Position numbers and translations under genes: made by a program. Source: Podarcis liolepis (Eukaryota). Taken from it: a stretch of DNA of 64,000 bases. Location of the stretch: NCBI GenBank assembly GCA_965112155.1, contig OZ218111.1. The stretch is one strand, 5' to 3'. The notes below the pieces were generated by a model. It did not search any database, was not told the origin of the DNA, and worked only from the letters and a program-made list of their open reading frames with translations. Numbering within the stretch: the first letter of the stretch is position 1; each line of letters starts with the position of its first letter. Below, piece by piece: positions 48,369 through 58,989 of this stretch.

Positions 48369-49150
48369 GAGGACGAGCCAAGGCAGAGGGAGCGGCGGCG
48401 GTTCCGTCTAGTCGGAGCCCGTCGGTCGTCCGGCCGGGACGAGAAGGCTGCTGCTGTTTCTCAGGCTGCGGCGGCTGCTCGGAACGCGGGAGGGGAGTGT
48501 CCGCTCCGTCCGTTGGGCGGCGGCGAGGAGGTGGAGGCGGAGGGGAAGGCGGTAGGGAGCGGCCGCCCGTTCTCCTTCCTGGCGCGGCGGCGGCGCTGTC
48601 GGGCCAGCCCAGCGGGGTGTGTCTCCGGCTGCACCTCCCAGCCCAACCAGCTTGGCAGGAGCCTCCGCCAGGTCGCCCCGCCCAGTGGGCACTTGCTGGA
48701 AGAAGCGGCGGCTGGAGCCACTCCGGGGAGCACCGCAGCGGGGAAAGGGCTCCCACCGGAGAAGAGCCCGAGGGGCGATGCACGGCCCCTTTCCTGAAGA
48801 CGCGCGACTCCGCGGAGAACCTCCATGTCCAGAGGCAGGATACCCCGCTGTTGCCGACGAGGAAGGTCTTGCCTTCGTATTGCCCGCTTTCCGCCTCCTT
48901 GTTGCGGCTCCGGGCTAGCTGCGGTTGGAAACAGGACACTGGGGCAAAGGGACCGATTTGGGAAGCGGGGGTGGTGTTCTGTACCGCTGCAGTTTGCAAC
49001 TCTGCATTGCTAACTCCTCGCCCAGTGCAACCGCGAAGGATCTGCAGGAAACAGGCGGACGCCACCACGGAGTGAGCTGCCTCCGCTTTCTCGGGAAGGA
49101 GGGAGCCCCACCGATATAAAGGCAGCTCCAGGGCGATCTAGTTATACTAT
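47640..49150. promoter_or_regulatory. CpG island covering the IQGAP1 promoter, exon 1 and start of intron 1
   Basis: Visibly very high GC and CpG density compared with the CpG-depleted flanks; contains the IQGAP1 ATG. Boundaries are approximate. Confidence 0.9.
48314..48368 (-). CDS. IQGAP1: IQGAP1 exon 1 (coding part)
   Basis: MATPEEIDGAGVARPHYG, donor gtgagt, inside CpG island. Confidence 0.93.
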
Positions 49151-49476
49151 GCGGGGATGAGAGGCATTGGAGTGCTTCAGCCCTGCTTGGTAGCAAATCG
49201 GTTGCTTGTTCCCTAAGGAAAGAGGAGACATTCTGCGCATGCTCGGGGGTGGGGATGGCACCTCAAAGCGGGAGGAATCAAACTCACAACGGGGCACATT
49301 GTTAGAAGAGGGGCGGGGAAGGTTCGCTTCCTTCAATGATGGCAGATTTTGGCGAGCCCAAGAAGAAACAAGGCCGTAATTCGGTTTGCTGGAATTTCCC
49401 CCCTCCCCTCATAGGAGTCACGCCGATGAGTCTTCGCCGCCCCCCAATAAAATATTTAAGGGGTCCAGCCCCCCCC

Positions 49477-49654
49477 CATGGCTGTCAACTTTCAGATTTG
49501 AAAATAAGGGATCAGCAGCCTCAAAAATAAGCGATCAGCAGCCTCACCTGTCCCGGGGACAGCCTGCGGAATATCTAACAATCCGGGATAGCAGCGGGAA
49601 ACAGCGCTGGAATAAGGGAATTTCCCGCAAAAAAAGGGAAGGTTGACAGCTATG
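49477..49654. mobile_element. hAT-type MITE inserted in a poly-C tract
   Basis: TIRs CATGGCTGTCAAC...GTTGACAGCTATG, C runs on both sides, internal tandem copy of AAAATAAG(G/C)GATCAGCAGCCTC. Confidence 0.72.
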
Positions 49655-49826
49655 CCCCCCCCCCAGTTGATGGTTATTGCCATTCAAATTGTGTGCCTGC
49701 ACCCTGTCACGTGATCGATTATGGGGGCGGGGCTTGCCTGCCCTCCCATATTTTATTCAAGTTGGCAATCCTGCTGCCAACTGGAAACCATAAGAAAAAT
49801 TCAGATTTTTTTTTATTAGGTAGCAA

Positions 49827-50347
49827 CAGTGCTTTTTTTCTTTAAAAAATGTTTAGGGGTACTCTCTCTCTTTTTTAATATATTTTTATTAAGTACAAAT
49901 TAGAAAACATACATATTCACAACAAAAGAAAATACAAAAGAAAAAGAAAATACATCTAACCAAGGGGAAAAAAATAGAGAATATTTTGTTTCTTTTCATA
50001 TTTAGTTATTTATACCTCTATAAAATGCTATTCACAATAAAGCAGTGAAATGGAAGATATCAGAAAAAAGAACAAAGAAAGAATAAAGAAGTAAGAGAAA
50101 AAGATCATAAGTGAAAAAAAATTAAAGTAGATAAGTACTCACAACACATAGCCATTTCCCATCTATATTTATATTCAATTGTATAATTTCATCTTGTCCT
50201 TATCTACCTTAAATAAATGGTTTTTTGGGTTGTTTTTTAGGGGTTCTCTCATTTTCCTACTCATATTGAAATACTGCCCCTCAATGAGGCCAAACTTAGA
50301 TTCACAAAATGTTTAGGGGTATGCATCCCCCCTGAAAAAAAGCGCTG
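49827..50347. mobile_element. hAT-type MITE carrying an AT-rich nested insertion
   Basis: TIRs CAGTGCTTTTTT...AAAAAAGCGCTG, perfect 8-bp TSD GGTAGCAA at 49819-49826 and 50348-50355. Confidence 0.8.
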
Positions 50348-51320
50348 GGTAGCAATCTCTCTCTCACACACACTTACACATGCGCGTGTAGCAGCCAATA
50401 TCAGAGTCCCTCCTCTTTGTAACTTAGTTCTGATTTAAACCTCCGGATATATTATTTCAGGCTACAATTCAGATTTTTAAAATGACCCTGCAAATGCAGC
50501 CAGTCCACCATCGTTCTCCGACTGAGAGCTGCTTATAATACCCTCTATGGAGTTTCCATATTTAAAAAAGTGAAAATCCGGACACAAAAGCCTGCCCCCC
50601 CCCCTCAAAATCGTGTCTCCACTAATGGGAGTCCCCCATATATCTGTCAAGCGGTTGGAAAGTGTTTCTTTTTTTACATAGCCACGTGCAGTTCACCTGT
50701 GGCTGTGGATGTCATTGCTGCCTCCCCTCGTGGCACCATGGGTGTAGGCAGGGGGGCAGCTGCTGCCCCCAAATCAAATAATTAAAAGTATTGCAGTTTT
50801 CAAAGAGCAATTTAAAGAGCATTTTGTGAGCATTATTGAAGGGTTGGAGAGATTATCACTAGAAGGAAATGGCAACACGAGGAAATGGACACTCCAGCTA
50901 GATTCTGCTGCCACCAAAGCTCAATTCATCCTTGCTGCCGCTCTGTTAGCCAAATATTCTGCTTTATCGGAACCTGTGGTAAATGCCCTAGTGGTAAATG
51001 CCCTGGCGAGTGCTTTGTAATTTTGCAAAATATATTCGTTAACCACAAGAAAGGTACCTCCTGATGTTAATTTTTTAATTTAACTTTCTAGTTTTCAAAT
51101 GACTGAAGATTTTGAGATTTTCCTGAACACTTGGGGCCAAAAGAAAGTAATTTAAAACAACTGTAGTTGGGACATTTAATTCCGAATCTGCTAGACAGAG
51201 CCAGACAGAGGATGATGACAGATGAGGGTCCTGCTCCCCCCGCCCCCCAAATCCTAGCTACGCCCACGCGGGGCACCTTACGAATTCCATTCTGAAACCC
51301 GCCCTTCCTCCATCCAAAGT

Positions 51321-51335
51321 CGCGGGCGGTTTGAA
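51321..51335 (+). promoter_or_regulatory. candidate CDE/CHR cell-cycle element
   Basis: CGCGG + 4-nt spacer + TTTGAA; a second TTTGAA at 51541-51546. Confidence 0.5.
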
Positions 51336-51724
51336 CGCAGCCCCGCAGCCGAGAGCCTCCTGCCTCTGTATCTTTTGCTAGCTCTACACGTACAAGCAGT
51401 GCATTGAAAGCACATTCCCGCCTCGCCCGCCCCCCCCCCCCAAATCTTCCCTGCAGCGCCTGCTGCGATTGGCTTCCTCGCCCGTGTTTCGTTTTTTTGC
51501 AAAGCCGCGCACAGATCTCCTGCTGCCGCTCTCCTCCCGGTTTGAAGCGCTGTCCCGCTCAGCTTTGCAAGTGCTCGGTCAACGAGCCACGCGCGGTGAG
51601 GGCCGCCTGCCCTTCCCAACCTTTTGCTAGCTCTATGCGCTCGGAGGCGGTAGGCGCGCGCACCCTCTCCTTTTCCCGTCGGGCCTTGCGGGGCGCCGTC
51701 GTTCGCTCTTCGCCGGCCGCCGCG

Positions 51725-51811
51725 ATGATCCACGAGCTGCTGCTGGCGCTGCGCGGCTACACCGGAGGCCTCTTCGTCGCCGTTGGAGGCGGCGGCAGCG
51801 TCTGCCTGCAG
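51725..51811 (+). CDS. TUBGCP4: TUBGCP4 exon 1 (coding part)
   Basis: [29 protein letters not shown], donor gtggct. Confidence 0.88.
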
Positions 51812-54800
51812 GTGGCTTCCCGCTCCGCCCCCTGGGGAAGAGGCGCCCCAGGCCGCCTCCGCCGCCGCCTCCCACCCTAACCGGCTTCTCGTTGCCCTCC
51901 CCTCCCGCAGGTGCCTCAGGAGCCGGTGCTGCCGCCCTTCCTTCACCCGAGCGAGGCCGCCCTCCTGGCCCGCGTCTGCCGCCTCGGCGCCTTCTACATT
52001 CGCTTCAGCGACTTCGTCGAGCAGTTCGCAGCCGAGCACGTCCAGCCGCCGCCCTCGCAAGGAGGCCCCTCGCAGGGCGGGCAGCAGCAGCAGCCTCCCC
52101 CCGGCGCCCCCTCAGCCCCTTCAGCAGCAGCAGCCCTGCCCGTGCAGCCGCAGGTGAGCGGTCCCCTGAGCATGTGCAGAGCGCCTTCCCCGCGGGCGCG
52201 TCAGGGCGTTAGGCAAGCGAGGCCCCCACTTTTGCCCGCCTGCCTGTCACTTCTCCGGCCGTTTATGGGCAGTGACCCTCTGCGGAAGCGACTCGGCCCT
52301 TTCCCTCACAGGCTGTTTCTCTCCGTCCATTCTCGAGGCCTAAAAGAGCCAGGACATCAAGGGCTGCAGCGGCCGCCTCCACATCTCTCTCTCTCTCCTG
52401 CCCCTCAATACCCAGAAGGGCCCCACATCCCTGTCCATGAAGTCCTCCGAGGTTTATTTCCCCCCTGGCTTTCTTTTTCCAATTGCTGGGCCTTGGGGGG
52501 TGTTCATTGTTTTGGCTGCTTTTATGGAAGAACGTTGTCTGTAATACTGCTGTCAAAAAACAGTGATGTTTGTGGAGGAGCTTTCTTGAAAAGCAATGTG
52601 TGCATTTATTGAACAAGCCCTTCTCCTAATTGCACCTCCTGTGCAAGGGCTTTTGTGGCAGGATGCAGTCCCAGAACAATGGAGGGGGTGTTGCGTTGCC
52701 TTTGGGTCGCTTCCACTCATGGCAATAGAGGTGGTTCTAGAGCCTTATGCATGCCAGGAGATTAACCCTTCCTTGATCCACTTTCAGGATCTGCACCCCT
52801 CCCAGCAAGGGATTTATCTGCGAGCTTTCTGCACTGGGCTTGATGCCGTGCTGCGTCCATATCGGCAGGCCCTGCTTGACTTGGAGCAGGAGGTAAGCAG
52901 GGCACAGTGGGTTTCTGTAGTAAATATTGCATGATGCTCTGCCCATCAAATCCAACTGCAGGTTTTTGTCACTAATAGTGGTTTGTTGACTCCTTTTCAC
53001 TAAGCCACCCCACAACTAGACATTGTACAAGAATAGAGCATAAATGACTACTTGCTTGCTTAGCAGAGAGGGCACCAATCAGATTGCATCTGTTGATGGT
53101 GTCCTTCATTATTAAGAGAGACAAAATTATTAGCCATGCAGACAAAAATGCTGATGAGCATTAAATTCCAGCACCATGGCTGCGTAGCTCTGTAGCAGCT
53201 AAACCATAGAGGAGGTGTTGGCCCCTTGAAGCAAGAGAAGACAAGCTTCTCTTCTGGTAAGCAGCAAGGGCACGGCATCCACCCATCTGAGCCAGTTGCA
53301 AAATTGAAGCTCAGAGAGGTTGCAGCTACCTCCTGAACTTTGGTGTGGTGTGGTGGTGGGGGCATGGGGAGAGAGACATGGCTATAAAAGGACAGCAGTT
53401 CTAACACCAAGCTCTAAAATGCCCCAGGGGATCTGGTTACTGGCAGCCAATCAGTTCCAGCCTAGTACTCTGGGTGTAAGTCAAGGGTCAGCAGCAGCCA
53501 CAGACCCAAAATGAGCCCAGAGTGAGTGCAGGGCTGGGGCAACTTATTGACCATGATGCCCAAAGCACCAACTCATGATCTCCCAGGTACACAGTACTGG
53601 AAGGCAAGAGCAGGGAAAGCACAATTGAAGAGGATGAAGGAATCTCCCAAACAGGCAGCAACATGCAGGTTTTTGGGGGGGGAAGAGCAGGCAAGGAGCA
53701 GAAGGAGGAGGTGAGAAAAGGCTAGTTGAGAGAATGGGGAAGAAGAGCTTAATGTAATATTGAAAGCTGAGGCTGGAGGAGTTTCCCTTCTCCACAGAAG
53801 CAGGGGCTAAGGCTGGAGGTGGTTCCAGACCCAGCAGGTGCTTACCTGACAAGCCAACTTGCACCAAGTTGCTGTATTTTCCCTGGCTTCAGGCATAGGG
53901 CTCCACAGCCAAAGATTGTCTGTGCCTCAAATCAGCACTTGCCAATTTGTAATTTAAAAGCAACAGGCCAGTGTAGGTAACAAGTATACTGAATAAACCT
54001 TGCTTTGTTATCCCACTGCTTTGACCTAAAAGGTCTGGACACAGACAGTTCTTGACATGCCAGCCAGTGTCATGCATTGCTAATTCCACCCATGTATGTT
54101 GGATCTCTGTAGGAAACAGTGCCATCCGTATAACTGCTATATTCAAAAAGCTCCAGAGAGTGCTCCTTTCCTGCTTGTGCAACTTAGGATTTGCAAAACA
54201 AGAAGTCAAAACAAAGACTTACTCCAATCTCTCACCCACCTTTCATTTTTTCCAGTTTCTGGCTGATCCTCACCTTACCATCTCGCATGTCAATTATTCG
54301 CTGGATCAAGTAAGTTCTCCCTGCCCATACCTCCCTTCTGTTGGAGGAGCTGCCTTCTCTAGATGGTGCCTTCTCTTCATGGTTGCCTGCTGAAAAGAGG
54401 CTTGCCTATATGAGTGAGCTGTATTAGTTCACACTGACTGCCTTGAATAAGATCTGGAGGTCTGTTTTGAAGGGCAGGACCTCAACTGCTCTTGTTCTTG
54501 TCTGGCTGAGCCCTGGAGCTCTAGCACAAGGGATGGGGCTCCACGGCCAGTTTCCTGTCTCCGATCCTTTTCCTGCAGTGGAATAAATAAAAAAATTGAG
54601 GCAGGAGTAAGCCTTGACACAACCTCCATAAAGGCAAGGATTCTCTTCCTTCCCTCAGTCTGATTCATTGGCTATCCCAATCTCTGTAAGGGCCCTCCTG
54701 CCCCAAGGGACATCCTGTGAACTGCCAGTGTGAGCAATGGACGAGTACTGTATTTTTCGCCCTATAGGACGCACCGGCCCATAGGACGCACCTACTGTTG

Positions 54801-57800
54801 GGGGGGGGGGGAAATAAAGCAAAAAAAAATTATCCCCCCCCCCCTCACCGAGGATATCTGCCCGAAGCGTGGGGCGCTTTGCTTCAGCGCGCCCGGCGCT
54901 CCGGACAGCAGGCTGCTATCTGCAGCCTAGGGAGCCTTGTGGGAACTCCCGCAGGGCTCCCTAGGCTGTGGATATCTGCGCGAAGCGCGGGGTGCTCTGC
55001 TTCGGCGCGCTCCGGGCAGCAGGCTGCTATCCGCAGCCTAGGGAGCCCTGCGGGAACTCCCGCAGGCTCCCCAGGCTTGCTGATAGCTTCCTGAAGCCTG
55101 GAGAGCGAGAGGGGTCGGTGTGCACCGACCCCTCTCGCTCTCCACACTTCAGCGAAAGCCTGCATTCGCTCCATAGGATGCACACAGATTTCCTATAGGG
55201 CGAAAAATACGGTACTTTCTTGAGTCTCTCAGAGAGAGGCTCTTGGGACACAGGAAGCTTGGAAAGAGAGATAAAAGGTTTATCATCCTGAGTGGCTAGA
55301 ATATGAGAATGGAGGGTCTTATACAAGAGCTCTGGCTCCATCTGAGGGGCCACTTACCAGCTTTCCCCCAGAGCACCTTTATTCACCTAGTCAGTTTGGA
55401 GAGGCTCCGGATCCTGACAGGGGACTCAGTCTCTCTTCCCGCCAAAGAGAAAGGAGAGCTGCCTAGGGATGATTATGTATGCATCACTCTTAACTCCTGT
55501 TGGCTGCCTTCCACTGAAAATTAATCTACATTGCAGGCTGCACTGAAGGAAGACAAGGGGGTTAATCAGACCACATTCTTGTGGGGCAGGGGGCTGCCTA
55601 GGCAATCTCAGTTTTTGCTAGAGTACCCATCCTATGAGCAAAGGGCCTCCTCAGGAAAGGTAACATTAGTTTAGGCAGATGCCCATTTTCAGTGATAATA
55701 GCAAAATTCTGGACCCAGGCCAGGTGGCGGCGGCAGCAGCATCAGAGCTTTTCACAAGGAAACTCTGTAGACACACAGAGAAACTAGGAGGCTGCAATCC
55801 ACATGCCTCCTCCAACTGGTTCATTAAGGTGGCACATCTTTTGTGCAGTATTTAATATGTACTTTGGGCCTGAAGGGAAGCTTAGTCTTCCGAACTGCAT
55901 TTATAGCCTGCATTGATGTTGATCCTTGTTAGTTATTGCATCCTTGCCTGATGTTCAATAGGCAACATGGAAGGCCTTTCCTTTCCCCTTTTTTATAGAA
56001 AAAGGCTTGCACAGGCATTATCTTAAGGAACATAATCCTGATCATGCGGAAAGTTTGCAAAAACCTAAAGTGTGGTGCAAGTAATTGTGTGTGGTTTAGG
56101 AAACATACTGTGGCAGAGTGAATCTCTGTGAGTAGAATCTTGGCAGCCATTTCCAATTTCTGATGTCCTAAGCAAGAGAAATCTGACACTTTTATCTACA
56201 CAGCAGGTACAGTGCCTGCACCTTAAAAGGGGGCAAATAACATTCCTTGAAGAATTAATGAAGTTAGGGAGGTCATCTTAGTAGGTGTCTACTTATTTAG
56301 GTAGACTATCGAGGGGAGCCCCAACTGCAGGGTGGGGGGGACAAACCATGAAGGCAACACACAAATGAAGCCCCTGTGCAAGAAGGAAGATACTTCCATT
56401 TTGCTATGTGACATTGAAATTAGGAAAGGCTTTTTCCCACGCAGTCTGTTTCATAGCCTTCCCTATTGGAGTGAGTGGGAGGAGCAGCTCATAGGAGGAT
56501 TCCCAACCCACATTAGAAAAAGATCTCGTCTGTCACATTAAGTACAACACTCTGTTCTCTTTTTTCCCCATTATTGTCTCAAACTAGCAAATCATTCCTC
56601 ACCAGCTGATTCTTGTTTTGCAGTTCCAGCTCCTTTTCCCCTCGCTGATGACTGTGGTGGAGCAAATAAAGACCCAGAAGGTACAGTTGAGAATCCTGAT
56701 CTCCCTTGGTGGTGGCCCTCTTTTCACAGGCACCTGCCTGGCTTGATTTGATAATAGAGGGCAAATTTTGTGTGTAACTGAGATGGTGCTGATTTCTCTC
56801 ACCTCACTAGAGGTGAAAAATGGGAAGTAGGAGTTCTGGTACCATCATCCACAGAAAAGTAGAGCAGGGAGCTGGAAATGCTGCCTGCATGTGGATGAGG
56901 AGCTTCCTCCATCCAGGCTAGCTGGTCTCTGGACCTTCCAGAATCCAGCTGCCAGCCAGTGTTGTAGGAACATATGGCAACATCAGCTCTTGCAAGGGAT
57001 CTGCTTTTCCTTTGCAGATTCATGGCTGTCAAATCCTGGAGGTGGTTCACAGACATAGCCGAGGTGGTCTGCCACCTGTGCGCCGTGCTTTGGAAAAGTA
57101 AGAAACCCTCCTGGGTGGGGCCAGTCCATGCGCTAAGGAGGAATGCCAGGTTATGGGTCCTGGGAACCTGCCCCCTGAACAAGTTAATGTTCCTGAAGTC
57201 CCACTGTTGCCTTGGATGGTGCTTGTTTCCCTGTCCCCAGCCACCAATGGCAGCAGCTCCATTGTGGCTGCAGCCTGGTCAAGCCCCCTTCCCTCTACTG
57301 CTGTGTCCCCCTCCAGGGTCTTGGCCATGTGCCATGCTGCCATGTACAAGCAGCTCTCTGCCTGGATGCTGCATGGGCTGCTCCTGGACCAACATGAGGA
57401 GTTCTTCATCAAGCAAGGCCCTTCTTCGGGGTCTGTCCCTGCCCAGCCCGAAGAGGAGGAGGAGGACCTGGGGATCGGAGGGCTGACGGGGAAACAGCTG
57501 CGAGAGCTGCAGGACATGGTGAGGTTTGGGTGCTAAATACAAAGGAGGCTGAATCCGCCTCCCAATCCCTCTAGCTCGGCATAGTCCACACTGCCTAGCA
57601 GCCCCTTCCTAGGGCTTCACAGGCTTCTGCCAGTTCCACATGGAGATGTTGTGGGGTTGGACATGCAAGGCTGCTTGCATGCAAAGCAGATGCTCAGCCA
57701 CCGAGCCAGGTGCTCTCTTGCCTCGTGAAACCTGCTTAGCCCCCTCCAGTCATCTTTTTGTAGTTGGATCTAGAAGTTTCTGTTTTGATAGCTCAAGTAT

Positions 57801-58943
57801 TCTTTTCTGACTCTTTAGCCATTGTTTCATGGATCAAGAATCCTGCTCTGCTCCCCACTGACACAGATTGGTGGTTCCAACTAAGTCTTAACACACACCT
57901 ACCCTTTGATGGACAGTCCTCAGGATTGGGGGTGGGGCTTTCTATTTGGAGCCCCCACGTTTGTGCGTGGGGTTCTTTGACTTTCCCCCATTTTCACCTC
58001 TCCTTCCAACAGCGGCTGATTGAAGAGGAGAACATGTTGGCACCCTCCCCAAAGCAGTTCTCTCTGCGGATTGAAATGCTGCCATCCTACATCCCTGTGC
58101 GAGTTGCTGAGAAGATCCTTTTTGTGGGAGAGTCTGTCCAGATGTTTGAGAGTCAAAATGTGAGCCTTACCAAAAAAGGTAGGAAACACTTTGACTCATT
58201 TCATTCTGCATGGGGGCAGCAAGGATTGAAAGCTGTAGGGTGGTTGTTTCTTGGCTGTCCATTCATAAGGGCACCCTGGGACATAGCAGGGAAGTGCTGG
58301 GATGCCTCACCAGAGGTCTGCGCAAGATGGAATGGACCCTCCCTGTAAAGCACTCAAGCCACCCCTCCCCCTTGCTCTGCCACTCTTTCCTTGGGGTAGA
58401 GTATGGTGGCTCCGTAAAGGTAAAGGACCCCTGACAGTTAAGTCCAGTCGTGAATGGCTCTGGGGCTACGGCGCTCATTTTGCTTTACTGGCCGAGGGAG
58501 ACGGCGTTTGTCCACAGACAGGTTTTCCAGGTCATGTGGCCAACATGAAAAAGCCGCTTCTGGCGAAGCCAGAGCAGCGCACGGAAACACCATTTAGCTT
58601 CCTGCCGGAGCGGTACCTATTTATCTACTTGCACTTTGATGTGCTTTTGAACTACTAGGTTGGCAGGAGCTGGGACTGAGCAATGGGAGCTCACCCCGTT
58701 GCGGGGATTCAAACCGCCGACCTTCCGATTGGCAAGCCCTAGGCTCAGTAGTTTAGACCATAATGCCACCCATGTCCCTACTATGGTGGCTCCATAGCTT
58801 TTGGTAAAAAGAAAAGAAAAAGTGAGGCCCTGTTGGTGTTTTGCCTCACCAATACAGCCCCCAAGGAGGTGCCTTTAGTGTTTACAGTGAATTAAAATTT
58901 CTTCTTCCTGCTGGTTCTAGCTCTCAGGCTGCTTTCTGATGGC

Positions 58944-58989
<46 letters not shown>

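Larger units (their letters stand above)
51260..52300. promoter_or_regulatory. CpG island covering the TUBGCP4 promoter and exons 1-2
   Basis: Dense CpG, GC boxes, inverted CCAAT (ATTGG at 51468-51472). Boundaries are approximate. Confidence 0.9.

Noticed and set aside
47608-49196. Many overlapping 100-250 aa Arg/Pro/Gly/Ala-rich ORFs on both strands
   Set aside because: Expected stop-codon scarcity in a CpG island; only 48314-48368 is supported as coding.
51278-52060. 260-aa minus-strand ORF
   Set aside because: Antisense shadow of the GC-rich TUBGCP4 exons 1-2 and promoter; no recognisable domain.
54850-55145. Repeated palindromic units superficially like a CRISPR array
   Set aside because: Only two units, no unique spacers, enclosed by transposon TIRs in a vertebrate intron.
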